Part shown: piece by piece, positions 50,101 through 63,353 of the stretch
Position numbering within the stretch: position 1 is the stretch's first letter
Layout: every line of letters starts with the position of its first letter
Assembly (NCBI RefSeq): GCF_964204645.1
Contig: NC_134030.1
Location: 8,041,122 to 8,105,121, forward strand
DNA: 64,000 nucleotides
Source: Tubulanus polymorphus
Lineage: Eukaryota; Animalia; Nemertea
Reading direction: 5' to 3'
The notes under the pieces: generated by a model
What the model was told of the DNA's origin: nothing
What the model saw: only the letters and a program-made list of their open reading frames with translations
Database searches by the model: none
Position numbers and translations under genes: made by a program

Positions 50101-53100
50101 TTCATTATCGGTGATTATGTTATTAGTTGATTGGTTAATGAGTTCGATTCTAGTTGCCTGTCAGCTGTTAAAGTTGTTTTATTTTTGACGAGTAGTTGTT
50201 CTCAAACTGGGTTTTTTTCTCATAGTTGAAATTTAGCTGCAATGATCAAAAGAAGATATCGTTTAATGACAAAATATTTCAATAAGAATTAATCGTGATA
50301 ATTTCATGTATATCAAGTTACCTTTTATGATTGCTTGGTTCATTATCGGTGTGGATCATCTAAAGTTGTTGGGTTAATGAGTTCGATTCTGTTGGCCTCA
50401 TCTGTTCGCTGTTCCAGTTGGTCGATTTTGGACGAGTAGCTGATCTCAAGCTGGCTTTCTTCTTATAGTTGAAATTTAGCTGCAATGATTAAAAGAAGAT
50501 ATCCTGTAATGACAAAATATTTCAATAAGAATTAATCGTAATAATTTCATTTATATCAAGTTACCTTTTATGATTGCTGGTTTCATTATCGGCGATTATC
50601 TTATTAGCCGATTGGTTAATGAGTTCGATCCTAGTTAGCTGTGCGCTGTTCAAAGTGGTCGATTTTTTACAAGTAGTTGTTCCTAAACTGGGTTTTTTCG
50701 CAGAGTTGAAATTTAGTTGCAATGATTAAATAAAGATATCCTGCAATGACAAAATATCTCAATGAGAATTAATCGTAACAATTTCATGTATATCAAGTTA
50801 CCTTTTATGATTGCTTGGTTCGTTATCGGTGTGGATCATCTAAAGTTGTTGGGTTAATGAGTTCGATTCTGTTGGCCTCATCTGTTCGCTGTTCCAGTTG
50901 GTCGATTTTGGACGAGTAGCTGATCTCAAGCTGGCTTTCTTCTTATAGTTGAAATTTAGCTGCAATGATTAAAAAAAGATATCCTGTAATGACAAAATAT
51001 TTCAATAAGAATTAATCGTAATAATTTCATGTATATCAAGTTACCTTTTATGATTGCTTGGTTCATTATCGGCGTGGATCATCTAAAATTGGTGGTTTAA
51101 TGAGTTCGATTCTGTTGGCCTCATCTGTTCGCTGTTCCAGTTGGTCGATTTTGGACGAGTAGCTGATCTCAAGCTGGCTTTGTTCTTATAGTTGAAATTT
51201 AGCTGCAATGATTAAAAGAAGATATCCTGTAATGACAAAATATTTCAATAAGAATTAATCGTAATAATTTCATTTATATCAAGTTACCTTTTATGATTGC
51301 TGGTTTCATTATCGGTGATTATGTTATTAGTTGATTGGTTAATGAGTTCGATTCTAGTTGCCTGTCAGCTGTTAAAGTTGTTTTATTTTTGACGAGTAGT
51401 TGTTCTCAAACTGGGTTTTTTTCTCATAGTTGAAATTTAGCTGCAATGATCAAAAGAAGATATCGTTTAATGACAAAATATTTCAATAAGAATTAATCGT
51501 AATAATTTCATGTATATCAAGTTACCTTTTATGATTGCTTGGTTCATTATCGGCGTGGATCATCTAAAGTTGGTGGTTTAATGAGTTCGATTCTGTTGGC
51601 CTCATCTGTTCGCTGTTCCAGTTGGTCGATTTTGGACGAGTAGCTGATCTCAAGCTGGGTTTCTTCTTATAGTTGAAATTTAGCTGCAATGATTAAAAGA
51701 AGATATCCTGTAATGACAAAATATTTCAATAAGAATTAATCGTGATAATTTCATGTATATCAAGTTACCTTTTATGATTGCTTGGTTCGTTATCGGTGTG
51801 GATCATCTAAAGTTGTTGGGTTAATGAGTTCGATTCTGTTGGCCTCATCTGTTCGCTGTTCCAGTTGGTCGATTTTGGACGAGTAGCTGATCTCAAGCTG
51901 GCTTTCTTCTTATAGTTGAAATTTAGCTGCAATGATTAAAAGAAGATATCCTGTAATGACAAAATATTTCAATAAGAATTATTCGTAATAATTTCATGTA
52001 TATCAAGTTACCTTTTATGATTGCTTGGTTCGTTATCGGTGTGGATCATCTAAAGTTGTTGGGTTAATGAGTTCGATTCTGTTGGCCTCATCTGTTCGCT
52101 GTTCCAGTTGGTCGATTTTGGACGAGTAGCTGATCTCAAGCTGGCTTTCTTCTTATAGTTGAAATTTAGCTGCAATGATTAAAAGAAGATATCCTGTAAT
52201 GACAAAATATTTCAATAAGAATTAATCGTAATAATTTCATGTATATCAAGTTACCTTTTATGATTGCTGGTTTCATTATCGGTGATTATGTTATTAGTTG
52301 ATTGGTTAATGAGTTCGATTCTAGTTGCCTGTCAGCTGTTAAAGTTGGTTGATTTTTGACGAGTAGTTGTTCTCAAACTGGGTTTTTTCTCATAGTTGAA
52401 ATTTAGCTGCAATGATCAAAAGAAGATATCGTTTAATGACAAAATATTTCAATAAGAATTAATCGTAATAATTTCATGTATATCAAGTTACCTTTTATGA
52501 TTGCTTGGTTCGTTATCGGCGTGGATGATCTAAAGTTGGTGCTGTTAATGAGTTCGATTCTGTTGGCCTCATCTGTTCGCTGTTCCAGTTGGTCGATTTT
52601 GGACGAGTAGCTGATCTCAAGCTGGGTTTCTTCTTATAGTTGAAATTTAGCTGCAATGATTAAAAGAAGATATCCTGTAATGACAAAATATTTCAATAAG
52701 AATTAATCGTAATAATTTCATTTATATCAAGTTACCTTTTATGATTGCTGGTTTCATTATCGGCGATTATCTTATTAGTTGATTGGTTAATGAGTTCGAT
52801 CCTAGTTGGCTGTGCGCCGTTCAAGTTGGTTGATTTTTGACGAGTAGTTGTTCCCAAACTGGGTTTTTTCGTATAGTTGAAATTTAGCTGCAATGATTAA
52901 AAGAACATATTCTGTAATGACAAAATATCGCAATAAGTATTAATCGTAATAATTTCATTTATATCAAGTTACCTTTTATGATTGCTGGCTTCATTATAGG
53001 AGATTATCTTATTAGTTGATTGGTTAATGAGTTCGATTCTAGTTGCCTGTGAGCTGTTCAAGTTGGTTGATTTTTGAATAGAGTAGTTGTTCTCAAACTG

Positions 53101-56100
53101 TGTTTTTTGCATAGTTGAAATTTAGCTGCAATGATTAAAAGAAGATATTCTGTAATGAAAAAATATATTTCAATAAGAATTAATCGTAATAATTTCATGT
53201 ATATCAAGTTACTTTTTATGATTGCTTGGTTTCATTATCGGTGATTATGTTATTAATTGATTGGTTAATGAGTTCGATTCTAGTTGCCTGTGAGCTGTTC
53301 AAGTTGGTTGATTTTTGAAGAGTAGTTGTTCTCAAACTGTGTTTTTTGCATAGTTGAAATTTAGCTGCAATGATTGAAAGAAGATATTCTGTAATGAAAA
53401 AAAATATTTCAATAAGAATTAATCGTAATAATTTCATGTATATCAAGTTACTTTTTATGATTGCTTGGTTTCATTATCGGTGATTATGTTATTAATTGAT
53501 TGGTTAATGAGTTCGATTCTAGTTGCCTGTGCGCTATTCAAGTTGGTTGATTTTTGACGATTAGTTGTTCTCAAACTGGGTTTTTTTGCATAGTTGAAAT
53601 TTAGCTGCAATGATTAAAAGAAGATATTTTGTAATGACAAAATATTTCAATAAGAATTTATCGTAATAATTTCATGTATATCAAGTTACCTTTTATGATT
53701 GCTTGGTTCGTTATCGGCGTGGATCATCATAAGTTGGTGGGTTAATGAGTTCGATTCAGTTGGCCACATCTGTTTGCTGTTCCAGTTGGTCGATTTTGGA
53801 CGAGTAGCTGATCTCAAGCTGGGTTTCTTCTTATAGTTGAAATTTAGCTGCAATGATTAAAAGAAGATATCCTGTAATGACAAAATATTTCAATAAGAAT
53901 TAATCGTAATAATCTAATGTATATCAAGTTACCTTTTATGATTGCTGGTTTCATTATCGGTGATTATGTTATTAGTTGATTGGTTAATGAGTTCGATTCT
54001 AGTTGCCTGTCAGCTGTTAAAGTTGGTTGATTTTTGACGAGTAGTTGTGCTCAAACTGGGTTTTTTCTCATAGTTGAAATTTAGCTGCAATGATCAAAAG
54101 AAGATATCGTTTAATGACAAAATATTTCAATAAGAATTAATCGTAATAATTTCATTTATATCAAGTTACCTTTTATGATTGCTGGTTTCATTATCGGTGT
54201 GGATCATCTAAAGTTGTTGGGTTAATGAGTTCGATTCTGTTGGCCTCATCTGTTCGCTGTTCCAGTTGGTCGATTTTGGACGAGTAGCTGATCTCAAGCT
54301 GGCTTTCTTCTTATAGTTGAAATTTAGCTGCAATGATTAAAAGAAGATATCCTGTAATGACAAAATATTTCAATAAGAATTAATCGTAATAATTTCATGT
54401 ATATCAAGTTACCTTTTATGATTGCTGGTTTCATTATCGGTGATTATGTTATTAGTTGATTGGTTAATGAGTTCGATTCTGTTGGCCTCATCTGTTCGCT
54501 GTTCCAGTTGGTCGATTTTGGACGAGTAGCTGATCTCAAGCTGGCTTTCTTCTTATAGTTGAAATTTAGCTGCAATGATTAAAAGAAGATATCCTGTAAT
54601 GACAAAATATTTCAATAAGAATAAATCGTAATAATTTCATGTATATCAAGTTACCTTTTATGATTGCTGGTTTCATTATCGGTGATTATGTTATTAGTTG
54701 ATTGGTTAATGAGTTCGATTCTAGTTGCCTGTCAGCTGTTAAAGTAGTTTTATTTTTGACGAGTAGTTGTTCTCAAACTGGGTTTTTTTCTCATAGTTGA
54801 AATTTAGCTGCAATGATCAAAAGAAGATATCGTTTAATGACAAAATATTTCAATAAGAATTAATCGTGATAATTTCATGTATATCAAGTTACCTTTTATG
54901 ATTGCTTGGTTCATTATCGGTGTGGATCATCTAAAGTTGTTGGGTTAATGAGTTCGATTCTGTTGGCCTCATCTGTTCGCTGTTCCAGTTGGTCGATTTT
55001 GGACGAGTAGCTGATCTCAAGCTGGGTTTCTTCTTATAGTTGAAATTTAGCTGCAATGATTAAAAGAAGATATCCTGTAATGACAAAATATTTCAATAAG
55101 AATTAATCGTAATAATTTCATTTATATCAAGTTACCTTTTATGATTGCTGGTTTCATTATCGGCGATTATCTTATTAGTTGATTGGTTAATGAGTTCGAT
55201 CCTAGTTGGCTGTGCGCCGCTCAAGTTGGTTGATTTTTTACGAGTAGTTGTTCCCAAACTGGGTTTTTTCGCATAGTTGAAATTTAGCTGCAATGATTAA
55301 AAGAACATATTCTGTAATGACAAAATATCGCAATAAGTATTAATCGTAATAATTTCATTTATATCAAGTTACCTTTTATGATTGCTGGCTTCATTATAGG
55401 AGATTATCTTATTAGTTGATTGGTTAATGAGTTCGATTCTAGTTGCCTGTGAGCTGTTCAAGTTGGTTGATTTTTGAAGAGTAGTTGTTCTCAAACTGTG
55501 TTTTTTGCATAGTTGAAATTTAGCTGCAATGATTAAAAGAAGATATTTTGTAATGACAAAATATTTCAATAAGAATTAATCGTAATAATTTCATGTATAT
55601 CAAGTTACCTTTTATGATTGCTTGGTTCGTTATCGGCGTGGATCATCTAAAGTTGGTGGGTTAATGAGTTCGATTCAGTTGGCCTCATCTCTTTGCTGTT
55701 CCAGTTGGTCGATTTTGGACGAGTAGCTGATCTCAAGCTGGGTTTCTTCTTATAGTTGAAATTTAGCTGCAATGATTAAAAGAAGATATCCTGTAATGAC
55801 AAAATATTTCAATAAGAATTAATCGTAATAATTTCATGTATATCAAGTTACCTTTTATGATTGCTGGTTTCATTATCGGTGATTATGTTATTAGTTGATT
55901 GGTTAATGAGTTCGATTCTAGTTGCCTGTCAGCTGTTAAAGTTGGTTGATTTTTGACGAGTAGTTGTGCTCAAACTGGGTTTTTTCTCATAGTTGAAATT
56001 TAGCTGCAATGATCAAAAGAAGATATCGTTTAATGACAAAATATTTCAATAAGAATTAATCGTAATAATTTCATGTATATCAAGTTACCTTTTATGATTG

Positions 56101-59100
56101 CTTGGTTCATTATCGGCGTGGATCATCTAAAGTTGGTGGTTTAATGAGTTCGATTCTGTTGGCCTCATCTGTTCGCTGTTCCAGTTGGTCGATTTTGGAC
56201 GAGTAGCTGATCTCAAGCTGGCTTTCTTCTTATAGTTGAAATTTAGCTGCAATGATTAAAAGAAGATATCCTGTAATGACAAAATATTTCAATAAGAATT
56301 AATCGTAATAATTTCATTTATATCAAGTTACCTTTTATGATTGCTGGTTTCATTATCGGCGATTATCTTATTAGCCGATTGGTTAATGAGTTCGATCCTA
56401 GTTAGCTGTGCGCTGTTCAAAGTGGTCGATTTTTTACAAGTAGTTGTTCCTAAACTGGGTTTTTTCGCAGAGTTGAAATTTAGTTGCAATGATTAAATAA
56501 AGATATCCTGCAATGACAAAATATTTCAATGAGAATTAATCGTAACAATTTCATGTATATCAAGTTACCTTTTATGATTGCTTGGTTCGTTATCGGTGTG
56601 GATCATCTAAAGTTGTTGGGTTAATTAGTTCGATTCTGTTGGCCTCATCTGTTCGCTGTTCCAGTTGGTCGATTTTGGACGAGTAGCTGATCTCAAGCTG
56701 GCTTTCTTCTTATAGTTGAAATTTAGCTGCAATGATTAAAAAAAGATATCCTGTAATGACAAAATATTTCAATAAGAATTAATCGTAATAATTTCATGTA
56801 TATCAAGTTACCTTTTATGATTGCTGGTTTCATTATCGGTGATTATGTTATTAGTTGATTGGATAATGAGTTCGATTCTAGTTGCCTGTCAGCTGTTAAA
56901 GTTGGTTGCTTTTTGACGAGTAGTTGTTCTCAAACTGGGTTTTTTCTCATAGTTGAAATTTAGCTGCAATGATCAAAAGAAGATATCGTTTAATGACAAA
57001 ATATTTCAATAAGAATTAATCGTAATAATTACATGTATATCAAGTTACCTTTCATGATTGCTGTTTCATTATCGGTGATTATGTTATTAGTTGATTGGTT
57101 AATGAGTTCGATTCTAGTTGCCTGTGCGCTGTTCAAGTTGGTTGATTTTTTACGAGTAGTTGTTCTCAAACTGGGTTTTTTCTCATAGTTGAAATTTAGC
57201 TGCAATGATCGAAAGAAGATATCCTTTAATGACAAAATATTTCAATAAGAATTAATCGTAATAATTTCATGTATATCAAGTTACCTTTCATGATTGCTTG
57301 GTTCATTATCGGCGTGGATCATCTAAAGTTGGTGGGTTAATGAGTTCGATTCAGTTGGCCTCATCTGTTTGCTGTTCCGGTTGGTCGATTTTGGACGAGT
57401 AGCTGATCTCAAGCTGGCTTTCTTCTTATAGTTGAAATTTAGCTGCAATGATTAAAAGAAGATATCCTGTTATGACAAAATATTTCAATAAGAATTAATC
57501 GTAATAATTTCATTTATATCAAGTTACCTTTTATGATTGCTGGTTTCAATATAGGCGATTATCTTATTAGTTGATTGGTTAATGAGTTCGATCCTAGTTG
57601 GCTGTGCGCCGTTCAAGTTGGTTCAATTTTGACGAGTAGTTGTTCTCAAACTGGGTTTTTTCGCATAGTTGAAATTTAGCTGCAATGATTAAAAGAAGAT
57701 ATTCTGTAATGACAAAATATCGCAATAAGAATTAATCGTAATAATTTCATTTATATCAAGTTACCTTTTATGATTGCTAGGGTTCGTTATCGGCGTGGAT
57801 CATCTAAGTTGGTGGGTTAATAAGTTCGATTCAGTTGGCCTCATCTGTTCGCTGTTCCAGTTGGTTGATTTTGGACGAGTAGCTGATCTCAAGCTGGGTT
57901 TCTTCTTATAGTTGAAATGTAGCTGCAATGATTAAAAGAAGATATCCTGTAATGACAAAATATTTCAATAAGAATTAATCGTAATAATTTCATGTATATC
58001 AAGTTACCTTTTATGATTGCTTGGTTTCATTATAGGCGATTATCTTATTAGTTGATTGGTTAATGAGTTCGATCCTAGATGGCTGTGCGCCGTTCAAGTT
58101 GGTTGATTTTTGATGAGTAGTTGTTCTCAAACTGGGTTTTTTCGCATAGTTGAAATTAAGCTGCAATGATTAAAAGAAGATATTCAGTAATGACAAAATA
58201 TCGCAATAAGAATTAATCGTAATAATTTCATTTATATCAAGTTACCTTTTATGATTGCTGGTTTCATTAAAGGCGATTATCTTATTAGTTGAAAGGTTAA
58301 TGAGTTCGATCCTAGTTGGCTGTGTGCCGTTCAAGTTGGTTCATTTTTGACGAGTAGTTGTTCTCAAACTGGGTTTTTTCGCATAGTTGAAATTTAGCTG
58401 CATTGATAAAAAGAAGATATTCTGTAATGACAAAATATCGCAATAAGAATTAATCGTAATAATTTCATTTATATCAAGTTACCTTTCATGATTGCTTGGT
58501 TCGTTATCGGCGTGGATCATCTAAGTTGGTGGGTTAATAAGTTTGATTCAGTGGGCCTCATCTGTTCGCTGTTCCAGTTGGTTGATTTTGGACGAGTAGT
58601 TGTTCTCAAACTGGGTTTTTTCGCATAGTTGAAATTTAGCTGCAATGATTAAAAGAAGATATTCTGTAATGACAAAATATTTCAATAAGAATTAATCGTA
58701 ATAATTTCATGTATATCAAGTTACCTTTTATGATTGCTGGTTTCATTATAGGCGATTATCTTATTAGTTGAAAGGTTAATGAGTTCGATCGAGTTGGCTG
58801 TGCGCCGTTCACGTTGGTCGATTTTTGACGAGTAGTTGTTCCCAAACTGGGTTTTTTCGCATAGTTGAAATTTAGCTGCAATGATTAAAAGAAGATATCC
58901 TTTAATGACAAAATATTTCAATGAGAATTGATCGTAATAATTTCATGTATATCAAGTTACCTTTTATGATTGCTTGGTTCGTTATCGGCAATTATCTTAT
59001 TAGTTAGTTGGTAAATGAGTTTGATTCTGGTGGCCTCATCTGTGCCCTGTACCAGTTGGTCGATTTTGGACGAGTAGCTGATCTCTAGCTGGGTTTCTTC

Positions 59101-59490
59101 TTATAGTTGAAATTTAGCTGCAATGATTAAAAGAAGATATCCTGCAGTGACCAAATATTTCAATAAGAATTAATCGTAATAATTTTATGTATATCAAGTT
59201 ACCTTTTATGATTACTGGGTTCGTTATCGGTGTGGATTATTTAAAGTTTGTGCGTTAATGAGTTCGATTCTGTTGGCCCCATCTGTGTGCTGTTCAAGTT
59301 GGTCGATTTTGGGCGAGTAGTTGTTCTCGAGCTTCGTTTTTTCTCGGAGTTGAAATTTAGCTGCAATGATCAAAATAGATATCCTGTAATGACAAAATAT
59401 TTCATTCAGAATTTATTGCAATAATTCCAAATATATTAGTTACCTTTTGTGATTGCCGGGTTCATTATCGGTGAGGTCTCCTAAGTTGGT
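26140..59490. repeat. Satellite DNA array, ~236-243-bp monomer, about 139 copies, both ends inside the window
   Basis: A conserved ~115-bp block (agttgaaatttagctgcaatgattaaaagaagatatcctgtaatgacaaaatatttcaataagaattaatcgtaataatttcatgtatatcaagttaccttttatgattgct) recurs about every 240 bp in one orientation. It alternates with a ~125-bp variable block that falls into discrete classes. Confidence 0.99.
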
Positions 59491-59620
59491 TGTCTAATTT
59501 TACATTTCTTTGCTCTTTTTTTGTGTAAATAGTCCGAAAGTTTACAAGGTTTAAGATAATTTTGTCTAATTTTTACATTTCTTTGGTCTTTTTTTCATGT
59601 AAATAGTCTACTAAGTTTAC
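59490..59620. repeat. Two-copy ~72-bp direct repeat at the right satellite junction
   Basis: ttgtctaattttacatttctttg..tgtaaatagtc..aagtttac at about 59490 and 59562. Confidence 0.75.
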
Positions 59621-62600
59621 TAATTTTAAATTTTTTGTAGTTTAATGTTTTTTCAAAATCGGAAATCGAAGTACAGATATAGTTGTGTGATCGGCGGTTG
59701 ATTTCACATAAATTTCTTTTTCTTTACATCCGAGCACACAATTGGGAAATTCAGTTCCGGTTCATTCAATTAATCTTCCAACCAGTCTGAACCGGCAAGC
59801 AACTGATTGGGGTCAATAAAGTTGACTGCCTATTTTAATACATCGAGATTTGGAATATCTATATTACAAGGATGAAGATCATTTTGTACATTTTATGACT
59901 AGTTTATTAGTAGTATAGCTGAAAAAAAGAGCAGAATCTTGTGAGCATAAAACCCTTTCGAATATCACTTATCATAATTAAGGTGTCAATTCATAATATA
60001 AGATCAGCAATGTGGACCGGTAAGTAGATTTTGATAATAGTCAATTATTAAACAATATCTATATGAAATTCAACTCATATCGTAATTCATCTATATTCTA
60101 GATATCTAAGCAACGGTTGATTATTATAGTTTAAAACAATTCGACTAAAGCATCTATAGTCATCTCTAGGAATACCAGAGTTACAAGAAATTTAGTAATG
60201 CATAATCAATCTTATCAAATTGTTTTTATACTGTTTCCCTATATACAATTCGATTGTCAGCTAAACCATGTTCATATTATCAAATTAACTTCATCGTCAA
60301 TTAATAAACTTTAAGAGATATGTTTTCTACCCATAGGTGGTGACATCTGTGCCCAATGTGTTATTCTAATCCATTCCAGTAATTCTAAATATTGCTCCTA
60401 ATATATACAATGATCTTGTAATTATGATAATATAACTAACTGTGCGCTGCCAGCATTGAGCACACTGATCCTGGTCAACATGGTTCTACAGATTTAAGAA
60501 ACCTTGAATCATTCCAACGCCTTGACAAATCCAGAATTATGCAAAGCCTAAAAAGATTCAATAAATCCCACGTCTAAGAGACAGAGTTTAAACACACCCT
60601 GTTTTCTTTAGATATCAACCAATCAGATTATACAGTTTTCTTATCAACCCCTACGGTTTAGATTTGAGCACTTTTACCTTATATGAAGATGCTAAATTAA
60701 TCTTCATCTTAGATACCTAATCACTCAATTGATTTCCTAGCTATAATTTAAAATTGTCTCTGACAATATTTTATACGGGGCTTGATATTTCTACACGACA
60801 AGAATTTCAGATCTGGTTTCGATTGATCACTATTTCAAAATGCTTATTTTGCATCAGAGCTTTTGATATCTAGTTTGACTTATACAGAATTCCCCAAAAC
60901 CTAACTGATTCAACAGATCCCACACACATATCACCCAGTTATGACGCAGGTGACATTGCTCGATACAGTCGTCTCATCCACTGCACTATTTTTTAGATAA
61001 TTTTCACTTATAATCATTACATTGAATTAATTTTAATTAATCTTCTAGATATCTAAGCGATCCGTTAATTAGTAATCATACTAGCTACATTTAAATAGTC
61101 AGTTGAATATGGAGCCTGATAAATCTACATGAGTAGAATTTCAGATGTGGTGAATTCATCACTATTATGAATTCATCAGAAATTAAGATAAAAGCACATT
61201 TAAGTGGTACATTAGAAATTGACTTAAAGCCGAATTGCTATATAATCTTTATTTCCCTTTTATAGTACACTGTGTATAAGGACCGAAAGACCTTGTTATG
61301 ACCGGACCTCCCTGGTGCGGTGCAAGACATGATGCTAGAAAATAGTTTGAAGGAGAGGGGTTAGTAAAAGAGAGCTATTAGCAAGAGGAATAAGACCTAA
61401 GTTTAGGATAACCTGTCAGAATAAGGCTCTCAATCTGACATACACAGTGAAATTGAAATATTCTCCCTTCCAAATTCAGGAATGTATTTGTGCACGTACA
61501 GATTTGTTTTATCTCCCTTCCATCAGAAGTAAATCTGCGTGAAATGATTTTGGCAATATGTATCAAAACTAATACAGCTGTATGAAGACACAATAGGTTC
61601 ACTTAGATACAGATAAATAAATGTGCTCAGATACACATGTATCAACTACATTTTAAATGTCCATGAACCTGAATGAAAAACAATTTCACATAACATATTG
61701 AATTTACCTTAATTGTAGATATCTAATAGTAATATATTAATGAGTTATTCACCTTTGATTCTCAGTTAAACAATATCTATTATGCATAACTTGACACACA
61801 GTATGGCTTTTAGATGAATCAGTTAGGTGTAGGTAAATTTTGGCTATTGTGAAGAACATGACTAGTTGCCATAAGCACGGCAGTTGGAGATGTAAATACC
61901 GATCAGTCGATGAGACTGATTCAGATGTGCTTATACATATATCAGCTATATTTAAAATTTCAGTACTACGACATTTATATAATGGGCCTGTATTACTTAC
62001 CGTATAAATAGTTTTTGATCTTAGAAATATTGAATTCATCTTAATTGTGGATCTAAGCCATTGGTTAATGAGCAATTTTTCCTAGCTATACATGATAATT
62101 GTCAATTAAACAATAATCATAGCGCAAAACAAGGTACAGAGTATGGCTGTTGGGAATGATTTTAACCAATTAAAGCTTTGTTTTATTCTAGATTTGTCAA
62201 AATGCTGAGACCTAATCACAGTTTCTAAAAGACACGCCCGCAGTCCATAGTTTCCCCATATATATTACACCAGATCTTGATAGAGCCCAAGACACTATTT
62301 TATACATCTTTCCCCCAGAAATTCATTAATGCAATGGGTAAAGCAGCATATAATATATACTGTAAAGTGCCTGAATGTTTATAAATGTATCAATATACTT
62401 TTGTAAAAAAATCTATTAACTGACGATAAAGTTTGATTGATATATATCTTTACAGGTAAAGCCAGCCTAAATGTATATGGGGCCCTAAAATATCTACACC
62501 AGAAGAGTTTCACGTCAAACATTTTAAGATATTGAATGATTGCTAATATCTAAGCGATTGGTTATCTTGATTGTCAGTTAAACAAGCCATACGAGGCCTG

Positions 62601-63353
62601 AAATATCTACGGTACATTTGAAAAATTTCACATTAGATATTGAATTTATCTTAATTGTACAAATCTTTTAATCAATAACTGACCAATCTTCATTTTAATT
62701 ATCAGACCAAAGAATATTCAAGGGACCTCACTCAATCATTTCGTCTAATATTGTAAATATTCAAGCAATCATTGCCCTAACTATATTTCAATTTACTTTT
62801 AATAATATACCGGCCATAGAGCTTCAATAAAGTAGTGCGGAGATGGTTAGCTTGACCAGCGTCTCTATCCTCACCAGTGCCTATGCATTCTACCCTAGAT
62901 ATGAAAAATCAACTTAGCTTTATGTATGTATGCATTCCTGTTGCCATGCAGGATGAGACTGCCAGGTTTGGTTGCGGCAGGTCTTTCGGTGTTTGGTTCA
63001 TTCAACGTGGAGTCTTTTGTGGGCACTTCTAGTGGGTAGATTTTAGATGGGCCTTTCCGGATAAACCTAAAATGAGTAAAAGAATGTTATTCTGTAGTTA
63101 CACTATCCTTTCTGTATCATACATCGTAATTTACACATATATCAACTTAACTTTCAATATTGCTGAGTTCAGTGTTCTTTTTTCGCCATCTTCTGTAGTC
63201 GCCTTCAGCATCTTCTTTTTCATCTTGGGAGTCCTGAAATGAAAAAAAAGAGAAGAGCGATGAAAAACCTGGTACGGAACAAAACTAATGTCCGAAAGCT
63301 TTTCAGCTCTCCGTCGCTGGTCACATGCCGAGAACACCAGACAAAGAGCCAGC

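Noticed and set aside
27731-58921. Repeated 63-78 aa ORFs (MIYMKLLRLILIEIFF.., MKYFVIT..)
   Set aside because: Chance open frames in individual satellite monomers. They are broken by indels in the T/A runs of other copies, and several rely on non-ATG starts.
26140-59490. CRISPR-like reading of the constant/variable satellite
   Set aside because: Variable halves are homologous and re-used many times, units are ~240 bp, no cas genes are present, and the context is eukaryotic.
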